A stretch of 45,487 nucleotides of DNA from Desulfobacteraceae bacterium (GTDB taxonomy: Bacteria; Desulfobacterota; DSM-4660; Desulfatiglandales; HGW-15), in the NCBI GenBank assembly GCA_050050615.1, contig JASFTV010000002.1, positions 1 through 45,487 on the forward strand, written 5' to 3'. Of the stretch, positions 43,823-45,487 are shown piece after piece. The position numbers were made by a program, and so were the translations under genes. Every line of letters begins with the position of its first letter. Position 1 is the first letter of the stretch. The notes beneath the pieces were generated by a model. It was not told the origin of the DNA and made no database searches. It worked only from the letters and a program-made list of their open reading frames with translations.

Positions 43823-45364
43823 ATGGAGACCAAAATGGCTGAAATATCTCTAAGGGATTGCTTTGAAGATTCCTTCTTGGCGCAGGAAGAGAAGAAAGCG
43901 ATCGCCTTCCTTCGTGGAAGCCAGTTAGAGACTGAAATCTCCTATCTTGAATTGGCCCGGGATTCAAATCGGATGGCCAATTTATTCCTAGACTTGGGCG
44001 TCGAGAAGGGAGACAGGGTCATCCTCTTCTTCCCAAAGTCCTTGATGTTTGTCATGGCCCATCTCGCCCTTCAAAAGATAGGCGCTATCGCTGTTCCTCT
44101 CAATCCGGGATTCAAGAAGTCTGAAATGGAATACTTCATTCGTGATGCGAATGCGAAACTTGTGCTCTGCGGGCCTCAACAGGAGGCCATGATCAAGGAA
44201 ATCGATCCAAGAATGACGAATGTGGTGATCGATACGGAAAAGCCATACCAAGATATCGATTTTTTCAGGTCCGCCTCAGATGACCCCATCCAGGCCGAGA
44301 TCAAACCGGATGATCCCGGGCTCATCATTTACACATCCGGAACCACGGGAAAACCCAAAGGGGCGATTCTTACCCAGAAAAATCTTGTTCACGATGCCAA
44401 AAATATTATCAAGATATGGGAAATAACGGCATCCGATGTGCTGTGCCACGCCCTTCCTCTTTTTCACGTGCACGGCCTTTGCTTTGCCCTTCATACTTCC
44501 TTGATGGCCGGCTCCCATGTGCTCATGCTCGATGTGTTTTCTCCTGAGGCGGTCATCCAGGCTTTGGCAAACAAAGAGGGGGAGCGTGCCTGTACCGTGT
44601 TTATGGCGGTTCCTTCCATGTATGGTAAGATGATGGACTATCTAGGAGACAGGAGACTGGATTTTGAGCACATGCGTCTGTGGACCTCCGGTTCAGCGCC
44701 CCTCCTACCCAAGGATTTTGACAGGATAAAGAGCCTCTTCGGCAAGGAGCCCGTGGAGCGCGAAGGGATGTCGGAGACGGGGATGAATTTTTCCAACCCC
44801 GTAAGGGGCGTTCGGAAGCCTGGTTCTATCGGAGTACCCCTCCCCAATCTCGAAGTGAGGATTGTGGATCTCGAGACGCTTCAGGATGTGGCGCCCGGTC
44901 AGACCGGGGAGATCTGGCTTAAAGGCCCTGCAGTGACGCCAGGGTATTGGCAAAAGCCCGAGGAGACTGCCAAGACCTTTGAGGAGGCCTGGTTCAGAAC
45001 CGGGGATCTGGGCAAAATTGATGAGCAAGGGTATTATTATCTGACGGACCGCATCAAACACATTATTATCTCAGGGGGTGAAAATATCTCTCCCAAAGAG
45101 GTGGAAGTGGTGATCAACCGGATGGAGGGCGTTGCTGAATCCTCTGTCGTGGGTATCCCGGATGAAAAATGGGGGGAAAAGGTCGTTGCAGCCGTGGTCC
45201 CCAAGCCCGGATTTGATATTAAGCCGGATGAGGTTCAGGAGCAGTGCAAACAGCACCTTCACAAATGGAAATGCCCCAAGGAAGTGGTTTTTCTCGAAGA
45301 GCTACCGAAAAACACCATGGGCAAGGTGCTTAAAGAAGAGGTCAAGAAAGCCTTCGAAAGCTAA
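43823..45364 (+). CDS. AMP-dependent acyl-CoA synthetase/ligase
   Basis: 513 aa with YTSGTTGKPKGA, TGDLG and the GKVLK C-terminal lysine motif. Confidence 0.85.
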   Translation: METKMAEISLRDCFEDSFLAQEEKKAIAFLRGSQLETEISYLELARDSNRMANLFLDLGVEKGDRVILFFPKSLMFVMAHLALQKIGAIAVPLNPGFKKSEMEYFIRDANAKLVLCGPQQEAMIKEIDPRMTNVVIDTEKPYQDIDFFRSASDDPIQAEIKPDDPGLIIYTSGTTGKPKGAILTQKNLVHDAKNIIKIWEITASDVLCHALPLFHVHGLCFALHTSLMAGSHVLMLDVFSPEAVIQALANKEGERACTVFMAVPSMYGKMMDYLGDRRLDFEHMRLWTSGSAPLLPKDFDRIKSLFGKEPVEREGMSETGMNFSNPVRGVRKPGSIGVPLPNLEVRIVDLETLQDVAPGQTGEIWLKGPAVTPGYWQKPEETAKTFEEAWFRTGDLGKIDEQGYYYLTDRIKHIIISGGENISPKEVEVVINRMEGVAESSVVGIPDEKWGEKVVAAVVPKPGFDIKPDEVQEQCKQHLHKWKCPKEVVFLEELPKNTMGKVLKEEVKKAFES

Positions 45365-45457
45365 AGGGCTGAGAGATCGATTTTTCGAGACAGAAGTCTC
45401 CATTGCCTTTTTGCTCACCACCGGATATACTTCCATAGGTTTACTGGAGAATGAAAG

Positions 45458-45487
45458 ATGGATCCAAAGGAAAGAATTGCTGGGAAA
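45458..45487 (+). CDS. start of an unidentified ORF running off the window
   Basis: ATG preceded by GGAGA at a 7-nt spacing. Only 10 codons are visible (MDPKERIAGK). Confidence 0.25.
   Translation, partial: MDPKERIAGK

Noticed and set aside
1-45487. Search for CRISPR arrays, tRNA/rRNA genes, reverse transcriptases or other defence hallmarks
   Set aside because: The repeats found are dispersed, not regularly spaced with unique spacers. I saw no cloverleaf-like or rRNA-like segments, and no RT, Cas or nuclease-NTPase pairs by eye. Absence is not proof without covariance-model scans.

Overview
This 45.5 kb window looks like chromosome from an anaerobic Desulfobacterota/Syntrophus-like bacterium. 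That guess rests only on gene content (GcdA-type decarboxylase, tungsten AOR, TRAP and Liv transporters). All coordinates, folds and family assignments were made by eye from the sequence and ORF track, with no searches run.

Layout, left to right:
- Housekeeping and repair genes on the minus strand: ddl, tag, an SDR, an iron-sulfur flavoprotein and ogt.
- About 4.6-16.5 kb: a complete sedentary chromosomal integron. It has an intact integron integrase (intI, 15552-16520, +), an AT-rich attI region, and an ~11 kb array of co-directional minus-strand cassettes separated by attC-like imperfect palindromes.
- Array cargo: vapBC next to attI, a CocE/NonD hydrolase, an MBL-fold hydrolase, a 4Fe-4S membrane protein, a SnoaL-like protein, a 10-repeat PD40-like protein, an epoxide-hydrolase-like protein, a TfoX-domain protein, a decayed RHH toxin-antitoxin cassette, a bacterial histone-fold (DUF1931/HBb-like) protein, a small membrane protein, and at least two ORF-less cassettes.
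- Lipid A / LPS inner-core genes: lpxK, a late acyltransferase, waaF, gmhB, waaC and a ycaR-like gene.
- An acyl-CoA module: FabD-like protein, two HMGL-like paralogs, gcdA-like carboxyltransferase and a long crotonase.
- An orphan receiver protein and a TGA-interrupted cupin.
- A TIGR04076 / 4Fe-4S / tungsten-AOR operon.
- A Liv-type ABC transporter with a fused LivM-LivG.
- A GntR regulator, a TRAP transporter and an acyl-CoA synthetase.

Superimposed on this are several dispersed repeat families:
- A ~214 bp MITE-like element with 17 bp terminal inverted repeats (5 copies).
- A ~47 bp GC-rich repeat (3 copies), one of which rewrites the C-terminus of Ogt.
- A second IR-bounded element.
- A duplicated ~107 bp promoter/leader in the liv locus.

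The integron and its cargo are the most notable system in the window.
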